From the NCBI RefSeq assembly GCF_009914755.1, contig NC_060948.1: a stretch of 64,000 bases of DNA. One strand, given 5' to 3'. The notes beneath the pieces were generated by a model, which had not been told where the DNA came from, searched no databases, and saw nothing but the letters and a program-made list of their open reading frames with translations. A program made the position numbers and the translations under genes. This stretch comes from the human T2T-CHM13v2.0 reference genome, Homo sapiens. Positions 38,897 through 50,850 of the stretch are shown in pieces. Each line of letters starts with the position of its first letter. Position 1 is the first letter of the stretch.

Positions 38897-41800
38897 ATTC
38901 TCTCAAGTGATTTTTTTCTCTCCTATCATAAGTAATCCACAGTGCTCTTACAACAACACCACTGGATACCCTATCAAGGGTGGAAATCGCCACAGACAGC
39001 CTCTGAGACACTGTCTCAACCTCATCTGCACCCATGACAGGCCAGTTCAAAGTGTAAGAACATGTCTCCAACGTGGACTTGCCTTTCTTGTGGTTCTTGC
39101 TTATCTGAGAGAGCCCCTGTGAGGCCCAGGATGAAGGGAGGCAGTGGGATTAAGGACCTGGCCATCTTTCACTGACACCTGCCTCTGGGGTCTTCTTTCA
39201 CCCAAAGAATACTGAACAACACAACAGAATATATCCCAATCCCCATGGGATCTGATCCTTGCACACACACATTTTCTTTCAGGAATGGAGTCAGAAGAGC
39301 TGTTTCCAGCAACCACCTAACAGTCTTGAAATGCCTGCTCCTCCAGCAGGACCAGACCATGGAGACTGCCATGGGGCCCTAAGGTTGACATGTTTAGGGT
39401 CTTGCAGTTGGTTTTCTTAGGTAGCCATTTTCCTGATGTGAGGCCAGCTTGGCCCGTGCGTTTCCCTCTGCCTAGGTAGGCTGACAGCTCTGACAGCTGA
39501 GTGCTTGAGCCTGCCCCAAGAATGTGCACGTACTAGTCTCAGGGCACCAGGCCTGAGGGTGAGTTCTGGCTAGCCTCACAAAGAATGTCAGCGTTGCCTA
39601 GCAACAAGTCCATGCAGCTTGGCAGAGAAGGAGATCTGCTTGGAGGTGCATTGGCAGTGGACTCTCCCCTGTCTTTTCTGTGGGATCCACAGGATAGTCC
39701 CATGATCCTATGAGGGGGCACATGTGAACCAGACTGAAGAAACATCAACCACAATCAGAGGGCTTATGGGAGTCAGCCTGAAGAAACATAAACCACAGTC
39801 CCAGAAATAAACTGCAAAATCCCTAAGGATCCAAAAAGATCTGCAGAATTCCTCAGTCTGGCCTAGAGGTTGTATGGATTTTGAAACTTGTGCCAATATG
39901 ATTTCTAGGTACAGCCTGCCTCTGTTCCCTGGGGTTGCTGTCTCCCAGGTGGGGCCTCCTGCAGAACCACGCAACCTCAGGATCTGCCACGCTGTGTGTT
40001 TCTGTGGGTGTGTTGCGAGTGTTTGACATCAAGTGTGTGCAGCATTGTGTGTGTGTGTGCCTGTAAGTGGGGTCTGCTCAAAGGAATGGGGCTAACACAC
40101 TTCAGTGCTTCTTTTTTTTTTTTTTAGCCTCACTACCTTTTGGTGGCCTGTCTGTGTGGCTTTGCTTGGGCTGCATGGCTCAGTGTTATTTTTCTGTGGA
40201 TCATGAATCCGCAGTGAATTTGGAGGCGGGCCAAGACCCACCAGCATCCAAATCACCTCCCCCTGCACTGAAAATGACTCTTCTAGAAGAAGAGCACACC
40301 ACACCAAAAACCAGGCATCTCCCAGTGTTTCCATCATCTTGAGGACAAAGCTGGGAGACACACTAGCAGATGTGTCTGCAAGACCACTTGGATTAACTTC
40401 GAATTTGGTTCCCAGCTGTGCACATGCTTCATATCATGAGGGGGCACTACTACATCTTCTTGTGATGTTATCCTGGAACATAGAGTGTGAGCAGCAATAA
40501 GGTCAGATGGGGTGAGGATACAATCTGCTGAATGGAGAATGGGGTCCAGCAACTTCACCTGCAAAAAAAATAAAGACAGATGACACAAAAGTTGTTTCTA
40601 ACTCTATCCCAACTTTCCCTTAATTGCAAAAGCAGTCCACACCATGACCCAGAATTCAGGTGGGAGTACTTCAGTGTGCAAGGAATATTTGGAGTGAAAA
40701 TTTGGGCCAACCTGGCAAACTCCCAATGTCAGAGCTTTCATACCCAGAGCCAAATGGCAGTGGAATGGATTGGTGCTTGGTAGGATGTGGCCTCTAAACT
40801 TGTCTCTTCTTTTTCTGACTTCCATGTTTCTCACAAGTCTGGGGTTTCCTGTGTCTGTCTCAATGACTTCCACACTAAATGTTTCTCAGTTCATGAGAAT
40901 GACACTCATGGGAATCCATAGCATCTGTGTTTTCTTCTAAAAACTCTCACATTTTAATGACTGGGCAGCTTTGATACTTTTAAAACCATAAATTCCTATA
41001 ACAGCCTCCAACAAGGAAACTCTTGTTCTCCCACTTCTATTGGAGTGCTGCATGATTCCTGTAGGATGAGAAGCTGGCAGCTGTGTCTGGCTTTTGCCTG
41101 GTAAATTAGCCTCTGTTTCATTTCATCTGTATGGACTTCTCATAGTGGAAGGGCTCTTGCATTGTTCCATTGCTGGATAGTTATGCCTCTTGCCACCGAT
41201 TATTTAGCTGCCAGAGATTTCAGAGAGAGGAAGGGACTTTGGGTCACATGGCTGCACTGCATATTGTGAGTTGTTGTCTTGTTGTGGGAGCTGACGTTGT
41301 TTGCACTTTGCAGGAGTCTTTGGGGTCCTCTGACAGGAATCATTGAACATTGCTTGGACTCCAGCACAAGGCACCTCATTCTTTCAGGTGAGCCTTGATT
41401 TTTCTTTGCTTTCATGGATAATTCACAGTGTTCCTCAACAGCACTACTGGACACCCTTTTTAGGCTTGCCATCACCACAGACAGCCTCTGAGAAGGTGTC
41501 ACACACTCGTGTGCACCCATGAGTGGCAAGTTCGAGGTGTGAGAAGTGTTGATCTTATACTTGACTTGTCTTGCTTCCTGCCTTTCCCAGAAAGCCTATG
41601 CGAGGCCCCAGATGAAGGGAGGAAGAGAGGTCAAGAGCCTGGTCATCTTTTCCTGACACCCTCCTCTGGGGTCTTAGGTATGCTGCTATCACCCAAAAAA
41701 CCCCTCCAGAACACACCAGACTATATATCAATCCCTATGGGACCAGATTCTTTCACACAGCCTCCTTTGTGAATGGACTCAGAAGAGCAGTTTGCGACCA

Positions 41801-44800
41801 CCTCATGGTCTTGAAATGCCTCCTCCACCAGTGGGACACAACCATGGAGATGGCTTGAATAACCCCCAAAGTTGAGACTTTCAGGGTCCTGCAGTGGGTT
41901 TCATAGGCAGCTTTTTCCCTGATACCAGACAGACTCTGCCTCTGCCATTTTCCTCTGCTTAGGCAGGCTGAGAGCTCTGAGAGCCAGTGCCCCAGCCTGC
42001 CTCATTAATGTTCATACCCTAGTCTCAGGACATCAGGCCTGATTGTGAGCTCTGGCTAGCTTCACAATGAATGTTACCTTTGCCAGAGACAAGTCCCTGC
42101 AGCTTGGCAGATAAAGAGACTTCCATGGAGGTGCGTCAGCAGTGGACTCTTGCCTGTCTTCTCTGTTGTATCCATGGGATAGTCCCATGATCCTAGGAGA
42201 GGGCAGACGTGAGGCAGCCAGAAGTAACATCAAACAGAGCCCCAGGAATAAACTGTGAAATCCCTAAGAATACAAAACAGTCTGCAGAATTCCTCAAACC
42301 TGTTTAGACTTTATAGGGGTGAGTCTTTTCGAAACTTGCCCTACTGTGATATCCAGGTACAGCAACTGTGTTCCCCAAGGTTGCTCTCTCCCAAATGGGA
42401 CTTCCTGCAGAACCACGCAGCCTCAGGAGCTGCCAGCTTGTGTGTTTCTGTGAAAGTATTGAGAGTGTTGAATGTCTGCATGTATGTGTGTGTCTATGTG
42501 TGTGCATGTTAGAATATAAGTGGAGTATTCTTAAAGGAATGTGGCTAACACATTTTAGCACTTCTTTTTTTGAGTCCCCCAACTTTTTGGTGGCCTGTAT
42601 GTGCAGCACTCCTTGGGCTGTGGGGCTCCATGTTCTTCAGTTTTCTGTGCACCATAAATCCCCAGTGAATTGGGAGGCAAGCTGAGACCCACCAGTGTCA
42701 AACTCACCTCCCACTCCAAAAGAAAGCCACTCTTAGAAAAAAGGGGAGCACACCACATGAAAAAACAGTCATCTCTGAGTGTTTCATTGTCCTGCAGCCA
42801 ATGCAGGGAGACACACTAGCAGTCCTGTCCATACGGCCCTTGAATTTACCTCAAATTCAGGTCCCAGTCAAGCAGTTGCTTCACATCATGAGGGGGCAAT
42901 AATCCATCGTCTTGGGTTTTCATTTTTGGACATAGAGTGTGAGCAGCAATAAGGTCAGACAGGGGTGAGGATACAATCTGGTGGGAATTGGATGAGATCC
43001 CACAACTTCACCTGCAAAAAAATGAAGACAGATGACACAGAAGGTACTTCCAACTCCATCCCAACATTTCCTTAATTGCACAAGCAGTCCATACCATGGC
43101 CCAGTGTTCAGGTGAAAGTACTCCAATGGGCAAGAACATTTGGAGTGCAAATTGGGGTCATTCTGTCAAACTCCCATTTTGAGGGCTTTCATACTGGGAG
43201 CCAAATGGGAATGAAATGGATTGATGCTGGGTGGGTTGTGACCTCCACACTTGACTCTTCTTTCTCTGACTTCCATGTTTCTTGTTGGCGCCAGTTTTCC
43301 TGTGTCTGGCTCAATAACTTACACAATAAATGTTTCTCAGTTCACAGAGAATGACCCTAATGGGAATCCATTGCATGAGTGTTTCCTTCTAAACACTGTC
43401 ACAATTTAATGACCGGGCAGCTTTCACACTTTTAAAACTGTAAATTCCCTTTACAGGAGCCAACAAGGAAATTCTTGTTTTTTCATTTCTGTTGGCATTC
43501 TGCGTGATTCCTGCAGGATGAGAAGCAGGCAGCCCTGTCTGGCTTTTGCCTGGTAATCTAGCCTCTGATTTTTTTTCATCTGTATGGTCTTCTCATTGAG
43601 GAGGGGTTCTTTCATTAGGTTGTGGCTGGATGGGACTGCCTCTCACCAAAGATTATTTTGCTTCCAGGGATTTCAAAGAGCAAAAGGGACTTTCAGGTGT
43701 CTGGCTGCACTCCAAGTTTGAGTCGTTGTCTCATTATGGGGCTAAGGTTGTTTGTAATTTGCAGGAGGCTTTTGGGACCTCTGACAGGAAGCATTGAACA
43801 TTACTTAAACTCCAGGTCAATGCAGCTCATTCTGTCAGGTGAGCACTGATTTTTCTTTGCTTTTATGGAAATCCACAGTGTCCTTCAACAGCTCTACTGG
43901 ACAATTCTTTCAGGCTTTCCATCATCAAAGATGACCTCTGAGACATGGTCTCTACCTCATCTTCACCCATAAGAGGTCAGTCCAAGGTGTGAGAACGTGG
44001 TTCAAACTTTGACTTGCCTTTGTCATGGTTCCTGCCTTTCTCAGAGAGCCCCTGCTAGGCATAGGATGATGGAGGCAGTGAGGTCAAGAGCCCAGATATC
44101 TTTGCTGAAAAATGCCTCTGGGGTCTCAGGTATGATGCTATGACCCAAAGAACCATCAACAACACACCAGATAGACTATATTCCAATCAGCAGGGGACTC
44201 GATTCTTGCACACACACATTCTCTTTTGGGAATGGAGTTCGAAGAGCAGTTTCCAGTGACCACCTCAGAGTCTCGAAACACCTCATCCTCCATGGGGACA
44301 TGACAACAGACATGGTCCAAATGGGCCCTGAGGTCGAGGCTTTTATTGTACTGCCATGGGTCTTCACAGGCAGCCTTTTTCTTGATACCAGGCCAGCTCC
44401 GACTGTACCATTTTCCTCTGCTTAGGCAGGCTGAACGCTGTTACAGCAGGACACATAAGCCTGTCTCAGGAATCCACATGAGCTACTCTCAGGGCACCAG
44501 TCCTGAGTGTGAACTCTGTCTAGAGTCACAGTGAATGTCACCGTTGCCTAGCAACAAGTCCCTGCAGCTTGGTGGAGAAGACTCCCAAGGAGGAGACCAC
44601 CATGGAGGTTCGTCGGCTGTGGTCTCTGACCTGTCTACTCTGTGAGATCCACAGGATAGTCCCATAATCCTAGGATAGGGTAGATGTGAGCCAGCCTGAA
44701 GAAACATCAAGAAGAGCCCCAGGAATAAACTGCCAAATCACTAAGGATCAAAAAGCATCTGCATGATGTCTAGATGTTGGAAGGGTGAGTTTTTTTGGTA

Positions 44801-47800
44801 CTTGCCTTACAGTGATTTTTAGGTACAGCCCATCTATTTTCCTTGGAGTTGCTCTGTCTCAGATGGGGCTTCCTGCATAACCCCGCAGCCTCAGGAGCTC
44901 ACAGGCTATTGTTTCTGTGGGATTGTTGCAAGTGTTGGATGTCTGCCTGTGTGTGTGTTATTGTGTGTTTGTGTGTGTATGTGTGCCGTTAAGTGGAGTT
45001 TGCTTAAAGGAATGTGGCTAGAGCACTTCAGCTGTTTCTCTTTTTTTTTTTTTTTTTGAATCTCCTAACCTTTTGGTGGCCTGTCTGTGTGGCTCTTTTG
45101 GGCTGTGGGGCTCTGTGTTATTTATTTTTCGTGAATCATGAATCCTCAGTGATTCTGGAGGCAGGCCAAACCTGCCGGTGACCAAGGTATCTCCCCGTGC
45201 AATAAAAGCCACTCTAAAAAGAAGACGAGAACACCATACCAAAAAAAAACAGACATTTCCAAGTTTTTCATTTTCCTGCAGCCAACCCAGGGAGAGACAC
45301 TATCAGTCCAGTTCTCAGGTCCCTATATTTACCTCGAATTCATTTCCTAGGTGAGCAGGTGCTACACATTGTGAGGGGACACTCCTTCCTTGTTTTGAGA
45401 TTTCATCCGGGCCATATAATATGAGCAGAAATAAGGTCAGATAAAGGTGAGGATAGAATCTGGTGACAAGGGGAAGGGGTCCCGCAACTTCCCCTGCAAA
45501 AAGAGAAAGACAGATGACACAGAAGGTGCTTTCAATTCTATGCCCGCATTCCCTTAATTGCACAAGCAGTCCACACCATTGCCTGGTGTTCAGATGGGAG
45601 TACTCCTACATGCAAGGAACATGTGGAGTGCAAATTGAGGCCATCCTGGCAAACTCCCGATTTAAGAGCTTTCATACCTAGAGCCAAATGGCAGTGGAAT
45701 GGATTGATGCTGGGTGGGATGTGGCCTCCACACTTGCCTCTTCTTTTCCTGACTTCCATGTTCCTGGTCACCCTAGGGTTTCCTGGGTCTGGCTAAATGA
45801 CTTCCACACTAAACGTTTCCCTGTTCATGGAGAATGACCCTCAGTGGAATCCATTGCATGAGTGTTTTCTTCCAAACACTGTCAAGTTTTAATGACTGGG
45901 CAGTTTTGATACTTTTAAAACCATAAATTCCTGTTTCAGCCACCAACAAGGAAACTCTTATTCTCCCACTTCTATCAGAGGACTGCATGATTCCTGTAGG
46001 AGAAGAAGACAGCCGTGGGTAGGTTTTACCTGGTAATCTAGGCTTTGTTTCATTAAATCTTCAGGGCTGTCTGCCTGTGGAGGGGCTCATTCATTGAGCT
46101 GTTACTGGATGGGACTGCCTCTCACCACAGATTGCATAGCTTCTTGGGTTTTCAGAGAGCAAAAGGGACTTCGAGTAGGCTTACTGTGCTCCACATTTTG
46201 GTCTATGGTCACATTTAGGGGGCTGAAGCTGCTTGCACTTTGCAGTAGGCTTTTGGATCCCCTGACAGAAATCATTGAACATTGCTTGGGCTCCAGCACA
46301 AGGCAGCTCATTTTCTCAGGCAAGCCTTGTTTTTTTCTTGCTTTCATGGATAATCCACAATGCCCCTTAACAGCACTGCTGGACACAATTTTCAGGCTTA
46401 CTATCACCACAGACAGCCTCCGAGACACTGTGTCAACCTCATCTGCACCAAGGAGAGAGACCAGTCTGAGGTGTGAGACAACTGTTCCACCTTGGACTTT
46501 CCTCTGTCATGGTTCCTGACTTTTCCAGAGAGCCCCTGTGAGGCCCAGGATGAAGGGAGGCCATGAGGTCAAGCTCGGGCATCTTTCACTGATGCCCACC
46601 TCTGGGGCTTCAGGTATAATACTATCACCCAAAGAACCCCAACAACACAACAGACTCTATTCCAGTCTCCATGGGATCTGATTCTTCTGCACAGCCTCTT
46701 TCAGGAATAGAGCCAGAAGAGCATTTTACAGAGACCACCTCACAGTCTTGAAACGCCTCCTCCTCCAGCAGGACCTTACCATGGAGACGGCCCAAAGAGG
46801 CCCTGAGTTTTAGACTTTTAGGGTCTCGCAGTGGGTTTTCATAAGAATCATTTTTCCTGATACAAGGCTGGCTCTGCCTGTAGCATTTTCCTTTGCTTAG
46901 TTAGGCTGACAGCTCTGACATCTGGGTGCCAGAGCCTGCCTCAGGAATGTGCATGAGCTAGACTCACAGCACCATGCCTGAGTTTGAGTTCTGGCAAGTG
47001 TTACAATGAATGTCACTGTTGCCAAGAGACAAGTCCCTGCAGCTTGCAGAGAAGACCTCTGTGGGGATGCGCTGGTGGACTCTCACCTGTCTTCTCTGTG
47101 GGATCTGTGGAATAATCCCATGATCCTAGGAGAGGGAAGATGTGAGTGAGCAAGAAGAAATGTCAAGCAGAGCCCCAGGAATAAACTGCAAAATCCCTAT
47201 GGATCCAAAATCATCTGCAGGATTCCTTAGACCTGCCTAGACATTTTAGGGGTGAGTCTTTATGAAACTTGCCCCCCTGATATTTTTAGACAGAGCCTGC
47301 CTCTGTTCCCTGGGGTTGCTCTCTCCAAGGTGGGTCTTCCCACAGAAACACACAGCCTCAGAAGCTGCCGGGCTGTGTGTTTCTGTGGGAGTGTTGTGTC
47401 AGATTTCTGCATGGGTTTGTGTGGTATTGTGTCTTTGTGTGTGTGTGTGTGCCTGCAAATGGAGTCTGCTTAAAAGAATGTGGCTAACACACTTTAGTGC
47501 TTCTTTATTTGAGTCTCTCAACCTTTTGATGGCTTGTCTTTGTAGTTTTGATTTAGTTGCAGGGCTCTGTGTTCTCTATTTTTCTGTGGATCATGAATCC
47601 GCAGCGTTTTGGGAGGCAGGTTGAGACCTGCCAGCGTGCAAACCACCTCCCCCGGCAAAACAAAAAAACAAACAAAAAGCACTCTTCCAGAAAGAAGAGG
47701 AACACACCACACTAAAAAACAGACATCTCCCAGTGTTTCATTGTTCTGTGGTCAACCCAATGAGAGACACTAGCAGTCCTGTCCCCAGGACCTCTGGAAT

Positions 47801-48770
47801 TTCCCTTGAATTCGGTTCCCAGCTGAGCAGGTGCTTCAGGTCAAAGGGGCCACTCCTCCATCATCTTGGGATTTCATCCTGGCACAGAGCGTGAGCAGCA
47901 ATAAGGTCAGATAGGGTTGAGGATACAATCTGGTGAGGAGTGGATAGGTCCTACAACTTCAACTTCAAAAAATAAAATTTAAAAAAATGAAGACAGATGA
48001 CACTGAAGCTACTTCCAAACCCATCCTTCCATTCTGCTAATTGTGCAAGCAGTCCACATCATGGCCTGTTTTTCAGGTGGAAGTAATGCAACGTTCAGGG
48101 AATATTTGGAGTGCAAATTGGGCCCATCCTGGCAAACTCCTGATTTATGGCTTTCATACCCATAGCCAAATGGGTTGGAATGGGGATGGAATGGGTTAAT
48201 GCTGGGAGGGGTTACCTCCTCTTTTCTTGACTTCCAGGTTCCTTGTCAGCCTAGTGTTTCCTGGATCTCGCCCAATGGCTTCCACACTAACCTTTCCCAG
48301 TTCTCAAAGAACTAACCTCATGGGAATCCATCACATAAGTGTTTCCTTCTAAACCCTGTCACTTTTTAATGACTGGAAGCATTTATAATTTAAAACCATA
48401 AATTGCTGTGACAGCCATCAACAGGGAAACTCTTGTTCTTTCACTTCTATCAGAGGGCTTCATTATTCCTGTAGGATGAGAAGCAGGCAGCTGTGTTTGG
48501 CTTTTGCCTGGTAATCTAACCTCTGTTTCACTTTTATTTGCATGGTCTTCTCATTGTTGAGTGGATCTTTCATTGTGTTCTTGCTGAATGGGACTGCCTA
48601 TCATCACACATCTTTTGGATGCCAGGAATTTCAGGGAGCAAGAAGGACTTTAGGTAGGCTGGCTATGTTCTGGGTTGTGGCTTGTGTTCTCATTTTGGGG
48701 GCTGAGTTTATTTGTACTTTGACAGACGCTTTTGGGTCTTCTGACATACCTTAGAATATTGCTGCATCTC

Positions 48771-49017
48771 CGCATATTTTCACTCATAGGTGGGAATTGA
48801 ACAATGAGATCACATGGACACAGGAAGGGGAATATCACACTCTGGAGACTGTGGTGGGGTGGGGGTAGGTGGGAGGGATAGCATTGGGAGATATACCTTA
48901 TGCTAGATGATGAGTTAGTGGGTGCAGAGCACCAGCATGACACATGTATACATATGTAACTAACCTGCACAATGTGCACATGTACCCTAAACATAAAGTA
49001 TAATTTAAAAAAAAAAA
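48771..49017 (+). mobile_element. Young 5'-truncated L1PA (L1PA2-like) 3' end
   Basis: L1 3'UTR plus poly-A; perfect 18-bp TSD agaatattgctgcatctc (48753-48770, 49018-49035); TT/AGAA endonuclease-type site. Confidence 0.93.
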
Positions 49018-49429
49018 AGAATATTGCTGCATCTCTGGCACTAGTCAGCTTGTTCTGTCAGGCTAGCTTTGAGTTTTCTTTGCTTTCATCGGGGGGTCCA
49101 CATTGCCCCTCAACAGCACTACTGGACACCATTCCAGGCTTGTGGTCATCACAGACAGCCTCTGAGACACTGTCTCAATCTCATTTGCACCTGTGAGAGG
49201 CCAGTTTGAGGTGTGAGAACACTGCTCCAACTTGGACCTACTTTTGTCATGGTTCCAGCCTTTCCCCAAGAGCCCCTATGAGGCCAGAATGAAGAGAGGC
49301 CATGGGCAGTGGGAGGATGAGGTCAAGAGCCCAGCCATCTTTTGCAGACACCCGCTTCGGGGTCTCAGGTATGATTCCATCACCCAAAAACCCACAGAAA
49401 CTCATCAGACTATATTCCAATTCCCAGGG

Positions 49430-50075
49430 CATGAACAGAATTTGTTCCTTCTGGTAGGTTCTTGGTCTTGCTTACTTCAAGAATGAAGCTGTGGACCCTC
49501 AGGGTGAGCGTTATAGTTCTTAAAGATGGTGTGTCTGGAGTTTGTTAATTCAGATGTTCAGATGTGTCCAGAGTTTCTTCCTTCTGGTGGGTTCGTGGTC
49601 TCACTTAACATCAGTAGTGAAGCTGCAGACCTTCCCAGTGAGTGTTACAGCTCTTAAAGTTGGGGCCTCTGGAGTTGCTTGTTCCTCCTGGTGGGTTCAT
49701 GGTCTCCCTGACTTCAGGAGTGAAGCCACAGACCTTTGCAGTCAGTGTTACAGCTCATAAAGGTAGTGCAGACCCAAAGACTGAGCAGCAGCAAGATTTA
49801 TTGTGAAGAGCAAAAGAAGGAACCCTCCACACCATGGGAGGGAACCCCCGTGGGTGGCCACTGCTGGCTCAGGTGGCCAACTTTTATTCCCTTATTTGGC
49901 CCTGCCCACATTCTGCTGATTGGTCCATTTTACAGAGTGCTGATGGGTCCGTTTTTAGAGTGCTGATTGGTCCATTTTTACAGAATGCTGATCGGTGTGT
50001 TTACAATCCTTTAGCTAGACAGAAAACTTCTCCAAGTCCCCACTGGACCCAGAAGCCCAGCTAGCTTCACTCTCA
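49430..50075 (-). mobile_element. Solo LTR12 inserted in a macrosatellite unit
   Basis: Reverse complement of the LTRs at 18082 and 26520 (ends agctagcttcactctca; gctgattgg repeats); flanks aggg/atag each differ by one base from the unit's ATGG. Confidence 0.9.
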
Positions 50076-50850
50076 ATAGGACCTGATTCTTACACACAGC
50101 CTCTTTTGGGCAAGGAGTCAGAAAAGCAGTTTCCAGCATCCAGCTCACAGTCTCAAAATGTGTCCTTCTTCAGTAAGGCCAGACCATGGAGACAACCCAA
50201 GGGAGCTCTAAGGTTGAGACTTTTAGTGTCCTGCAGGGGATTATCGCAGTCAGCCTTTTTTCTGATACCAGGCCAGCTATGCCTGTACCATTTTCCTCTG
50301 TTTAGGCAGGCAGAAATCTCTAACTGCTGGGCACCCGACCTCACCTCGCAAATTTGCATGTGCTAATCTCAGGGCAGGAGACCTGAGCTGTAAGCTCTGG
50401 AAGGTGTCACAATGAATGCCACAGTTGCCTAGAGACAAGTCCCTGCAGCATGGCTGAGAAGGAAACCTCCATGAAGATGGGTTGGCGGGAGACTCTCACT
50501 TGTCTTCTTTGTGGGATCCTCAGAATAATCCCATGATCCTAGGACAAAGCCGACGTGAACCAGCCTGAGGAAACCCCAAGAAGTGCTGCAGGAATTAACT
50601 GGGGAATCCCTAAGGGTCCAAAAGGATCTTCAAGATGCCTCAGTTCTACCTAGATGTTGTAGGGGTGAATCTTTTTGAAAATTGCCCCATTCTGTTTTCT
50701 AAGCACAGCCCACATGGGCTCCCCAGGGTTGCTGTCTCCGAATTGAAGCTTCCTGCAGTACCACGCAGCCTCAGGAGATGCTGGGCTGTCTTTTTCTGTG
50801 GGAGTGTTGTGATTGTCGGATGTCTGCATGTGTGTGTGGCTTTGTGTGTC

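Larger units (their letters stand above)
28125..50850 (+). repeat. ~2.45-2.5 kb diverged macrosatellite (Y NORF / SST1-like array), left arm; strand arbitrary; interrupted by insertions
   Basis: Landmark aaggtcaga(t/c) at ~28219, 40499, 42951, 45433, 47903 gives spacings ~2450-2480. Each unit has a (TG)n tract and T-runs. Period and divergence match the described 2.48-kb Y NORF arrays. Confidence 0.85.
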
